DNA from: Perna viridis
Lineage: Eukaryota
Direction of reading: 5' to 3'
NCBI GenBank assembly: GCA_037379345.1
Contig: CM074518.1
Location: 24,242,001 to 24,306,000 of the forward strand
Length of the DNA: 64,000 nucleotides
Positions 13,487-24,720 of this stretch are shown here, in pieces. The stretch's first letter is position 1. Every line of letters begins with the position of its first letter. The notes beneath the pieces were generated by a model. That model made no database searches, was not told where the DNA came from, and saw only the letters and a program-made list of their open reading frames with translations. Both the position numbers and the translations under genes were made by a program.

Positions 13487-14623
13487 GGCCCCTTTTTTTC
13501 TGTGTTTGAAAACTTTCAGTAATCGAAATCGGAAAGATTAATCCAGATGGACAACCTTTTGATGTTGTTTTTTGATCGGATTAAAAGCACAAATGACGGT
13601 ACGTTAGGATTTATTTAATACCGATTTCATTGTTGCTGCATGTTAAAGGAGTCATAGACCTGTAATGCATTAAATCGCAGGTGTGTTATTGATCATTAAG
13701 ATATTGGAATGGACTCTATGATCTCGTATTACATATAGTTTTCTTCTATTTACATAATTGATTGTGAATTGAATTCTGTTTTGTTTGGCCTCCATGCTTG
13801 ACCGCTTTCAACGCGTCATTTAATTTAATGTAGCCATTTGTCCTGTGGCACTAGGGTATAAGTGTGAACGGATTGTGTGAATTTATACGTCTATGGACGG
13901 ATTTAGATGATTATCAATCGCAGTTTCAGGTAAGATGTATAGTGCAACCTTATTCTTTGGAGCCCACACGGAAAGAGTAATTTTCTTATTATACAAATAT
14001 TTATGTTTTACAAGATTACATATTATTGAATTTGAGATCATGTCAGCCTTAACAACATTGAAATATTAAATTGTTTGGTCGTAATTTATTGCATGACTGG
14101 AGAACCGTAACCAATGCACTTGTTCACGTTTATAAAACATTATGACAATACAAGTAATGTCAGTATCTAGAATTACAATAAAAACGTAATGTTGGAAAAT
14201 GTCTCATACATTGCTTTGTTGATTTATTTAGATTACAATACTTAGTGAGTGTGCATTTTCTGTACATAAATACAGGATAATTTAAAACGCAGTCAATTTT
14301 ATGTAAAGACACAATGTGTTACATTATTATGAATAAGTGTGTGGAAAAGTAGTTAGAGAGTTTACGTTATTAAAAGAATGTATTTCCGCGTTAAAATGTA
14401 TCGTGTATATTGTGTGTGTTATTGTTGCGACAAAATCACTCATCACTTTATGCACACTCTTCGAATTCCTTACTCTTGGTCCAAGTGCCGTTTCTTAGGC
14501 GACGTATCCGTACGATATGATCGGAATCTTTATGTTAGCCATTCTATGGAGACCGTTACTAAACATTTGTTTTATATTACTAGAATACTTCTTCGTTGTA
14601 TCCACATTCACATGTTTGAGTTA

Positions 14624-15301
14624 ATTAATGGTATCAATTCAATGTGGATCCGGAAAAATTCGAAAGATCTTATGGAAACCCCCAGTTTAAGATAATAATC
14701 AGAATACAATAGCATTAAAACCTATGATTTTTCAACTCTTTATACTTCTATTCCCTATACTCATTTAAAATCCCGACTTAAAAACATTATATATCGTTTT
14801 AACTCCAAAAAAAAAAAGACGTTACACCTATATACAAATATATAGTTCTTGAAAGAGATTCCTCATACTTTGTAAAAATAATTACAAAATCATCTGCGAA
14901 ATATACCGATTGATTGATTGATTGATTGATTGTTGGGGTTTAACGCCCGAGCAGCAATATTTCAGCTAAATTCAGGCGATGAACATGAAAGGGATGATAA
15001 AATAAACATGAAATGATGATGATAAAATGAAAAAAGGGATGTGACACAAGCATAATAGGATCGACAAATTTTGATTGCCACTAGAAAAAGAGGGGATGGA
15101 TAGCGTCGACCAATTTAGCCTCCTGTGGCGGAGCGCAAAGGTTCCTACTCCTATCGAATACCACAGCTATGGTTTGCGGTCAGGTTTTCCGTATTATTGC
15201 CTGACAACCTCAGCATGTAACACGCCAGGGGTACCCCATTCCACCACCTGGGGCACACGTCCCAGTTGCTCTGTTGGCAGAGCGCATAACCCCATGCCAG
15301 G
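14624..15301 (+). repeat. About 680-bp copy of the Naiad-RT/SINE junction region (about 18852-19496), inserted with a 32-bp direct repeat
   Basis: ttcgttgtatccacattcacatgtttgagtta occurs at 14592-14623 and 15302-15333; the interior aligns with 18.85-19.5 kb. Confidence 0.85.
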
Positions 15302-15938
15302 TTCGTTGTATCCACATTCACATGTTTGAGTTACCGAAATCCATGAGATTTTTTACATCCTACTGTTTGGAGGGACTAACGAACATACATGTACGTCTCC
15401 CGACCATCTTTTTCGTAGAAAAAAATAATTGTTCACCTTTGTTTATTCACTTTGGTCCTGTGCTAAGAGAGCCGGGGTTTGAGCCCTGTGTCAAAGTTCC
15501 CTTTAATTGGACATACGATTGTGGTTTTCAACGATTTGTTGGATGTTACATCCCATAAAACCATTCTCCCTGGTTTGGAAAAAAAATTCCATGGTCGTAT
15601 ACTAATTAAAAAACTATTTTTGTGGACACCTTGTCTAATGATATTTGTGGTCCATATATGTTGGATTAGACGTGACTTCGGCGTTTTGCATTTGTGCCGA
15701 TGTTTTTCTTTCACTTACGCCGAATTTTCCCTTGGATCGATTTTTTTCATTACAGGTAAATTACTGTTCAAAAAAGTTAAATTTTTCACGATATTTTTTA
15801 TATATTTTTCATAATAGGTTTTCCCTTTGAGGTCTGATGTCTAACTGTGTCAGCCACCTGGGGTACACATTTCAATAGCTCGGTTTGCTTAACATCCGAC
15901 CACTGGTTAGATCTCAGTGTTAACTTACTCGCCTTTTT

Positions 15939-16081
15939 TACAGGGGCTTGTTCCCACTATCAAATATGCAGCCCCGCTAGTATATTACTACATTATAAGT
16001 TATATACTATCTTGGCTGCAAATTTAGTTATATACATGCACTAGTGGGGCAGTATATTTGATAGTGGGAGCAAGCCCCTGT
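15939..16081. mobile_element. About 142-bp MITE, hAT-like
   Basis: 42-bp inverted repeats (15940-15981 and 16040-16081, 4 mismatches) starting acaggggc; the 8-bp repeat gccttttt flanks at 15931-15938 and 16082-16089. Confidence 0.75.
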
Positions 16082-16932
16082 GCCTTTTTAAACAAGCTGG
16101 GTTCTGTTTGGATTTATTCTTTCAAACACCCGGGCCTTCCAAACGAGAATTCATTACATTTTTGTAGAGGTTTGTGTAATGAGACTTGATTAACATGTGC
16201 ACGCATTTGTACGTATTGTTTTACTTTCTGATTTAACCACATTTTCGGTTTTCTTTATTTGGGTTCATGGTAACATCATAATGAAATCGACTAGACTACG
16301 ACAATTAACTGAGTCGTTCCGTTTCTACCCGGTACCTTACTGGCATTATGCATAGTTTTACAGTTATTCATTTTCAAAAATTCTTATGAGATTTAATGCA
16401 AAATTTGAGTAATCTGATGTAGAAAGTCACTGTGCTTGAAGAATCATAGTATAATTATGTATATGCATAAACAAGAAAACCACATATTTTTATGGTTTAT
16501 CATTGTATTTACGTTTTTTTATTTTATTTTTGTTTTGTCTTTTTTTATACCACTTGTTACAAAGTTCATTTGAAACTTCTCCTAAAGTATCTTCTTGTTC
16601 TATTTGGCTATAAACCAAAATGTACGACGAGGCACAAAAAATGACTGAAAAAGCTGAAAGTACGAATGAAAACGGATCCAGAACCTTAACTTTTTTACCA
16701 AGTGTATTGAAAAGTTACGACATTAGTCTTCTAGATACAGTTTCATTTGAATAAGAAAATAAACGCAAGCTTATTCAAATACACAGACGAATGTCCATTA
16801 ATTATAATACCGACGGCAGTGAAATTATTTCTGAAGTGCAATATATTTCATTTCACTATATTTTGAAAGCAAACCTATTTGTTTACAAGTCGATACATAT
16901 AGTTGTACATGCTGTTAAACCCTTTAAATACA

Positions 16933-16998
16933 TTGATTGATTGATTGATTGTTGGGGTTTAACGTCCGAGTAGCAATATTTCAGCTTTATTCAGACGA
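16933..16998 (-). mobile_element. 65-nt retroposon 3' tail fragment
   Basis: (ATTG)n plus ttggggtttaacgtccgagtagcaatatttcagc; imperfect flanking repeat ccctttaaataca / ccctataaatgca. Confidence 0.7.
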
Positions 16999-17989
16999 GC
17001 CCTATAAATGCAAGGTTTCTTTTCTATCATGGTGAACTGATAGGAACTTTATATGTACTGACAACATCCTCAGGCTGAACAGTTATTTTCAGGCGTACAA
17101 TTTTCCGCGTATAATAACGTAGATACTGTACGTTCTCTAAATTTACCTGTTTAGCCAACTGCAAGCCCCCGTTGAATAAATTGCCAAAAACTCTCCGTTC
17201 CCGTATGTTGTATTATACGCATGAGTATGATAGAAATAAGAAGTCAACACCTATTAGAAAAATCCAGGGCCCAATAACACCGTTGAATGTAATTTCATCC
17301 GTTTTGCCTTCATTATTTCCTTTTTCGTTCCGCGCTTTGCTTGTACCGGTACTGTTCAAGCATGTGTATAAAAGGCTAATTGATAATAATAGTGTAGAAT
17401 ACAATATTAACACGACAAAATCAGTAATGATATCAGATCCGGCTACATCCCCTTTAGTCATAGTATCAATGTCCTTAGCTACCTCAATACTGCAGATGAT
17501 AAATGCTTGTTATACGAAGTCATATACAAATTGTATGTTTGAAAATGTGAATTCTAATAGGCTTTATTGATTTTCATGTCAGTAAAGGAACAAAATACTT
17601 ACGCGTGGTACTATGTACATGTGTACAATGTATATAATTCTAGCCGCATTATGCTTAGTGGAAAGATATGATTACTATTGATGACCACATGAAAAGTGTA
17701 GTGGTCACTTATTACTACGTGTGACTTGCTTTAAGAGAAGTGTATTAACCATTTCCTTCCGGTAAGTGTATAAATATCATTCGTATGTAGTTACATGTAT
17801 TTTACCAGCGGGGGGGAATACACACGTACTTGTGCAAATATATGTTTCTAATATACCATCTTGATTGTGGTGAAATACTAAACGGTAATTTTTTTTAAAA
17901 ATGAAGATATTCTGAATTTCAATGTATATACCCTGATATGATAACACTTTTTATGAATCTTAGCTTCAAGTCGCGAACTGAATACCCCA

Positions 17990-19665
17990 ATATCTCAAAG
18001 ACAAACTAATACCGATGATTTTATATGGAATTTCCTATACTTCACCTATTACATCCAAAATTTTCAATTATAAAAGGCTGTTGAAGGACCTCGAGATTGA
18101 GGACTTCAAGGTTAAACAATCTGACTGTCCTTGCAAACTCTCCATTCAAATAGTATGGTCCTTCCGGTCACGTAATTACATGTACGTGAGATTTAAACAT
18201 CATCGAAAACGAATCTCTCGGTAAGGTCCTTTTTAAAGATTCCAAGTACCGTGAACCACACTCCGTAAATTGGAATTATAACTTAAGTTCTTTTGGATGC
18301 CGTAGAGGACTACGCAAGAAAACGGATAAAACGAACAAGAAGACATTGATAATCTCTGTCAGAATGAGTAGAGACTGTGTGTTCTTTAATTTTGAAACGT
18401 GTGAAAGTTTTAAGTAGGTCAATGATAGTCAATGCTACATCAGTTTTCAAGGACCAAAACATTGTCTATTATACAAAAAAAAAATGTTATCGTACCGGCA
18501 GACAAAGCCCAAAAATAACATTGTTTTTATCTGCAAAACGTAATATATCCTATGTTTATTATCAGAGGTAGACACAGAAAACAATAGCAGTAATAAAACC
18601 TATACTGATACCACACTCTCCATAGAATAGATAATGCAAAACCATAAATCTGTGCTATCCTTTTTTGGTCTCTCTACCAAGGACGATGATTGTGATCTAC
18701 AGTCTATGTACTGGATTCCTAAACTCCACAAGAATCCATACAAACAAAGCTACATAGCTGGATCTGATAAATGTACCACCAAACCTAGCTCTTTCAAAAC
18801 TTTTAACTTCTATTCTCACAGCTGTCCAATCACGCTACTTGTTACTCCCGTTAATTCAATGTGGATCCGGAAAAAAATCAAAAGATCTTATGGAAACCCC
18901 CAGCTTAAGATAATAATCAGAATACAATAGCATTAAAAACTTATATATCGTTTTAACTCAAAAAAAAAAGACGTTACACCTATATACAAATATATAGTTC
19001 TTGAAAGAGATTCCTCATACTTTGTAAAAATAATTACAAAATCATCTGCGAAATATACCGATTGAATGATTGATTGATTGTTGGGGTTTAACGCCCGAGC
19101 AGCAATATTTCAGCTAAATTCAGGCGATGAACATGAAAGGGATGATAAAATGAACATGAAATGATGATGATTAAATGAAAAAAGGGATGGGACACAAGCA
19201 TACAAATTTTGATTGCCACTAGAAAAAGAGGGGATGGATAGCGTCGACCAATTTAGCCTCCTGTGGCGGAGCGCAAAGGTTCCTACTCCTATCGAATACC
19301 ACAGCAGGGTTCTTTAACGTGCGAGAAACGTGGCATTTTTCCCAACACGGTGCACCACTATGGTTTGCGGTCAGGTTTTCCGTATTATAGCCTGACAACC
19401 TCAGCATGTAACACGCCAGGGGTACCCCATTCCACCACCTGGGGCACACACGTCCCAGTTGCTCTGTTGGCAGAGCGCATAACCCCATGCCAGGTTCCTG
19501 AGCACTATTTAGTCGCCTTTTACGACAAGCATAGCGCTGCTGCAGGCCTATTCTTTTGACACCCGGACCTGCACGGGGCGAAATATACTGAACAAAATGT
19601 TTTCAAAATGCTGTATATTTTGATCGATAACATACTAGTATTTGTCCAGTGTGGTTGACGCGTTT
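17990..19665 (+). mobile_element. Degenerate Naiad-type Penelope-like element (CxC linker plus RT N-terminal part), interrupted by a SINE
   Basis: DCPC (CxC) linker followed by KYREP; SMYWIPKLHKNPYK..YIAGS.KCTTKP; NSMWIRK; LIDNI after the SINE. A CxC linker ahead of the RT is the established hallmark of Naiad/Chlamys PLEs. Confidence 0.75.
19062..19580 (-). mobile_element. Full-length SINE-like retroposon, second copy
   Basis: Reverse-complement homologue of 9726-10230 with a (CAAT)n tail; TSD gcgaaatatac(c/t)ga at 19048-19061 and 19578-19591. Confidence 0.85.
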
Positions 19666-22007
19666 GGTTACTCTTTTAAACATTGAAGACATCTCAAATA
19701 CATTGATATATATATTTTTGTTATTCTATAACTCTTTCAAAACCTCATGTCCAACATCAACTTTCCTTTGCTATTACAACTTACTTAGTGTCTTCATTGG
19801 GTAATTATTTAGAAATATTAAGTGCTGAGCTCAGATCATCTTAACTTAATTGTGTGTTTTATATGCAAAATGTACTATTTTTTTTTTTCAACCTTCATGA
19901 AAACATCGGTATTGTCTTGAGTAAGATTTATTATATCTTGAGAAATCATTTTATTGTATCATCCACGGGTCTGTCACATAAAAGGATATAGTCCCTGTCA
20001 AGGTGACCAATCAAATACATGTATATGTTTATTTCACTCCAGTAGAATGTTGTTCCATTTACCATCTTCAATAAGACTTTCAACGGTGGCGAATCTAGAA
20101 ATTCCGAAAAGAGAAGACCCGTTTTATTGGTTTCTATGGACTTCCATTAAAGTTAACATAAAATTAACAAAAATGAGAAAAATGTCTGCACCCCCAAAAC
20201 CGCTCCCGCACCAAGGACCCCATATATATATTTAAAATTTTCCACCAGGTAGCTATGTATTTTTTCTTTAAGTAGGGTTGTTAAGCTACTATATTGATTC
20301 ATATGATGCGTTTTCATAATCCCGTTAAGTTGACATGAATCATTTATATAAGTCAAGCCTTAATAATTTCCACAATACGAATATATATCGTGGTTATTTT
20401 TGTATATTCTGTGTGTTTCTTTTACATGTATTACATTTTATTACAATATATTCGGTGATAATGATAAAAGGTACTTTTGAACACGAGTACAATATACCGA
20501 AATCGACAATAATTGTATATATATGATATGGTATTCTTTTATCTACCACAGTCATATAAAGTTTTGAATTAGTTGGACGACCACTACTCATGATGAACCC
20601 CCTTTTTAGAATCTCTTAATCCGCCCCTGGTCTTTCCTTCCCACAAGCCTGGTGACCATGCTAGAAGCTTACGTAAGACAAACGGGCGTAAATCTTTCCA
20701 TCGGTTAATGACAAGCTGACTTCTTTTTGGACTTATTGTTTTAAACACCCAGGCCTTTCAAACGAGAATAGTATACATTTTTGTAGAGGTTATTTGGTAT
20801 AATGAAACTTAACACATGCATGCTGTTGTGTGAATTAATTATTTTTTTCTGATTTATTTAGTTTCTCGGTTTTTCTTTATTTTGACTTCCAAAATCATGG
20901 TAACATCACGACGAGACTATGACAAATCATCCAGGTTCCAATTGGTACCTTGCTTACGTGAAACAAGAAAAGCACAGATTCCCCCCCCTCTTTTTTTAGG
21001 TTGGAAACTTTGTTAATTTTGCACAGAACTTGGTAAAATAGTATTAGATAATAGCATAGAATCCCCTTTGAACCCCCTTTTTAAATCTTTAAATCTGTCA
21101 TTGGTATTTCCTCTCCACAAGTTTAGCGACCATATATATGCATGCGAGAAGCTCATATAAGCAAAACGGTGGTAATTCTTGCTGTCGGTTAAAATGCGCT
21201 ACAGAGCTTAGTAATTTTGCAAAATGTTAACTTGTCCACGAATATGCACACACTAACATCAAAGATAATCAATCTTGACATTAAAAATCAGTTTTGAAAC
21301 TATTATTAAAGTGCTGAGGTAGTGCGGTAAAAAGATCATTTTGACATTTCAGTGAAAAAAATAACTCCAATTGTTTTAAGTGCAAACCCATTTTCTTAGT
21401 TATAAAACACGTAGAAATCAAGGTACTCAGTTCAAGCTGTTACAAATTGGAGAGTGCTACGATAGCAAATACTCTTATTCAGACAAATATGTACATGTTA
21501 CTAAAAGGCGGAAACCGAAAACAGGACAGAAATTGAAACGGATTACGGAGTGGGAATGCGATAATTTTTTACCATTATAAGTATCTTTTATTAAAACAAT
21601 CGTTTTAAAAAACGCCGCTTTAACACTTCCATTACAGGATGTTTTTTTTCATATTTTTTGTTGCCATTTTGTTTTGTTCTTTTTATGCACGTATATTATT
21701 TCGTGTTACGAAAATAGAATAAATAACATTTATCTCAAAATCGTTAAATGGCATGTTTTCAACATATCATAGAGCTTCCTGAACTGATAAAAACATTTTA
21801 AGTTTTTGTCCGTTTTCAATGTTTTATCATTAAATTTACGCTTTATTATTATTTTTTGTAATTTTGTTTTTTTTTTATATTTCATAATTTGCTTTGCTGT
21901 TTGTTTTTTTATGTACTGTAACACTTGGTAAAAAGTTCATTTGAAACTTCTATACTACCTTCTTGTACTGTTTGACTGTAAACAAAAAGTACGACTACTC
22001 GAACATA

Positions 22008-22390
22008 TTAAGTGTCAGTCCCTCTAAGAATTAGGCAGTAGATGAAACGTGGTATTAAAAAAAAACCATCATTTTGATAGTGTAATTTGACTATTTGCAT
22101 CATCAGAATCAAGATTTTCCATATCATGCTGGACAATTGAGTTACAATTTCATTGAAATGCACTGAAAATGAATATTTCAAGGGCAGATAACTCTGTCAC
22201 AAACCTAATTTTTTCTAAGATTCTATTGAAAACTTTCTGAGTAAAGCCAGTGATGCAGAGATTGAATAGTGTTATTTTCAAATAGAGAAAGTATCCTTGA
22301 GAAATATGACATTGTTATATCGTTTTTTTTTACGTGCATGTTTCTGATTTTTCCCCATTTTGCCTGATTCTTACAAACATTTACGCTTAA
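22008..22390. mobile_element. About 380-bp non-autonomous DNA transposon (MITE), copy 1
   Basis: Imperfect TIRs ttaagtgt...taagaattaggca and tgcctgattcttac...acgcttaa with TTAA ends; a homologous copy lies at 31093-31464. Confidence 0.7.
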
Positions 22391-23846
22391 CTATATTACT
22401 CGACGCGTTAGTATGATAAAAACACATGCCGACTCCTTATACCACCATGCACAACCTAATTGCACATTTGAATATAAGTTCATTCCTTTTGCTTTATTTT
22501 GTTCTGCACTTATTATTATTTAGTTTTATTCCAGTCCATTTCTTTTCGTTTTCGTTTTGTTTTGTTTTGTTTATTGTTTTTTTTGTTTCGCAGTTTGCGT
22601 GTATCTAGGTTACAGACCACCAATTCAACCAATGAGCATTTGGAACGTACGCAAAAATAGTCCTACGCAGAAATTACCCCAGTTCCTCATAGTGCTGTGA
22701 AAAAAAGTTCTCATCTCATTTAAAAAATTTAAACAGTTTCTGAAAGGAAAAACATTTCTGTACATTTTATAGGTGCATTTTGCTTCTTGTGATGTGAAGC
22801 CTAATCTCCATAATGATTTCTAAATATACCCCTATCTTGTGAAAACACTGGGATTTCCCATGCTACTTATAGACACTTCACTTCCGGTGACCAGTACTGC
22901 ACTGCAAGTCTGCTAACCCCACATGCCATTCTGAGGATTGTGAGCTGACATATGTAGAATCATGCTGATATATAGTCATCTGCAGGTTAAAGTTAAGGTA
23001 AAGTCCAGAGAAGCCATTGAATATTGTGAAATTAGCATAGAAGGCTATGGGAAGTGGAATTAGTGGTTTTTAGCCTCTATACTACTGAGTATTTTGGTCG
23101 TTCATTCTGGTAAAGTTTTGCCAGTGACCAAAATAAGAAATAATGTTTGGAACGCATTAGATACTACATGTACTATACCCAATAAATTATACATATACAT
23201 ATATAATATATTCTATATTATATTGGAAGCACAGTTAACCCGATTATGAAATTAAGGATGTTAAGAAGTGGTGGGATCGATTTAGACATGACATGACCAA
23301 CATGTTCAAACATGATCGAGCATTTATCTAGTTACATGTATAAAAGGCTAATTCGGTTCATTCCCATTTATCCAACTTTTGGAAATTTCAGGTAATACAG
23401 GTAAAAAATAAAAGCTGGATAAATGAGATCAAAGGTAATTAAGAACAAAGGATTCTTGATTAGAGCTTGGGTTAAGGTGAGTATTGAAATATGACTACTC
23501 TTTAATAAAGCCTGGATATTTTTCAGGATATTAATTTCTGTAGTTTTTAATACATGAGACCATTTTTGTTTTAATTTTTTATTTTGTTTTCTCATTTTTG
23601 GGGTACTTTTAATGCATGAAAGTAATAATTTTGTACGATGATATTAAGCTGTTTTTTATTTGTATATTCATTTTATGGTAAAGTTGTATATTTTTCATTT
23701 GTTCAGGAACTCCAATATTGTGATCCTGGTAAAGTTCCGTCTCATTTTTTTTATATTTTTATATTGACCAGGTTTTGCATACTGTTTTTTTTTCTCTAGG
23801 TTATTATACCTTGTTGAATTCGCAATTGATAAATTTCACTTTTCCT

Positions 23847-23847
<1 letters not shown>

Positions 23848-23895
<48 letters not shown>
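23848..23895. repeat. Poly(T) tract, 48 nt
   Basis: Directly visible homopolymer. Confidence 0.95.
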
Positions 23896-23898
<3 letters not shown>

Positions 23899-24013
23899 GG
23901 ACTGATGATTGTGACGCATAAGCAACACAGTCATCGTGAAATAAATGAATTGTTTTGGGCTTCAAAAGAACAAAAAAAAAGATATTCATATGTTTATTGT
24001 ACAATATTAAGCA

Positions 24014-24720
24014 TCATATAACATGATAATAACAATGACACCATACAGCATACTGTATCAATCGAATCTCTGTCAAAGCCTGTGTGTTCTGAAATTTCTG
24101 AATAATCAGGTATAAGTTTGGGTGAGTTTGGATAAGATTTGTTGAGTTTTTTTTGGTTTTTTTTTTATGCCATCCTTCAAGATGATTTGTGGTCGTCCCG
24201 GGTCTCTCGGTCGAATGGTGGTTCCAACGGTCTGGTTCTCTGTCAAGCCACTGTTCTGTCACGTAGTCGTTGAAGCTGGTCACTTTTGTATCGTCTCTTT
24301 GATAGACGTCTAGTGCATTGAACCACTTCTACTTGGTCTGGTGGTACAAAAGGAAGTGCTGATGCTCGTCGTTCATGTTGATAGAGGGTCGGAATATTCT
24401 TGTATTGCTCTGTCAGGCCAAGAGTCTGTACCTTTTGACAGAAGTGGAATTGTAAGGCTGAGGTGTCGAAAGTTGTCAAAAGTATCGGTCCATTGTCCTT
24501 GCAAGTTGATGTTCTGTCTGGTGGCGGGTTGCTGTGTTAGTTCGGAATTACATTGGGTGGGTGGATGTGATTCCTGGGAAAGTTGTCTTTGGTGTTGAAT
24601 GTGCCTTGACAGTCTTTTTCGGTACATTACCAGTAGATGAGTTCAGCGTCTCGTCCCTGTTTTCTGGTATTCACCATGTATCTGTAGCTAGATATCAAAC
24701 TTCTAGGTAGTGACCACGAG
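24014..24720 (-). mobile_element. Degenerate FLYWCH/MULE-type transposase remnant with internal deletion
   Basis: Minus-strand fragments YRYMVN...IYW.C....C (FLYWCH-like), FHFCQKVQTLGL, ALPFVPPDQV, FNDYVTEQWL, RWNH...TTNHLEGWH and HPNLY. Confidence 0.7.

Noticed and set aside
23848-23900. Poly(T)48 followed by ATAG as a splice acceptor or retroposon tail
   Set aside because: No convincing exon, TSD or element body can be tied to it.
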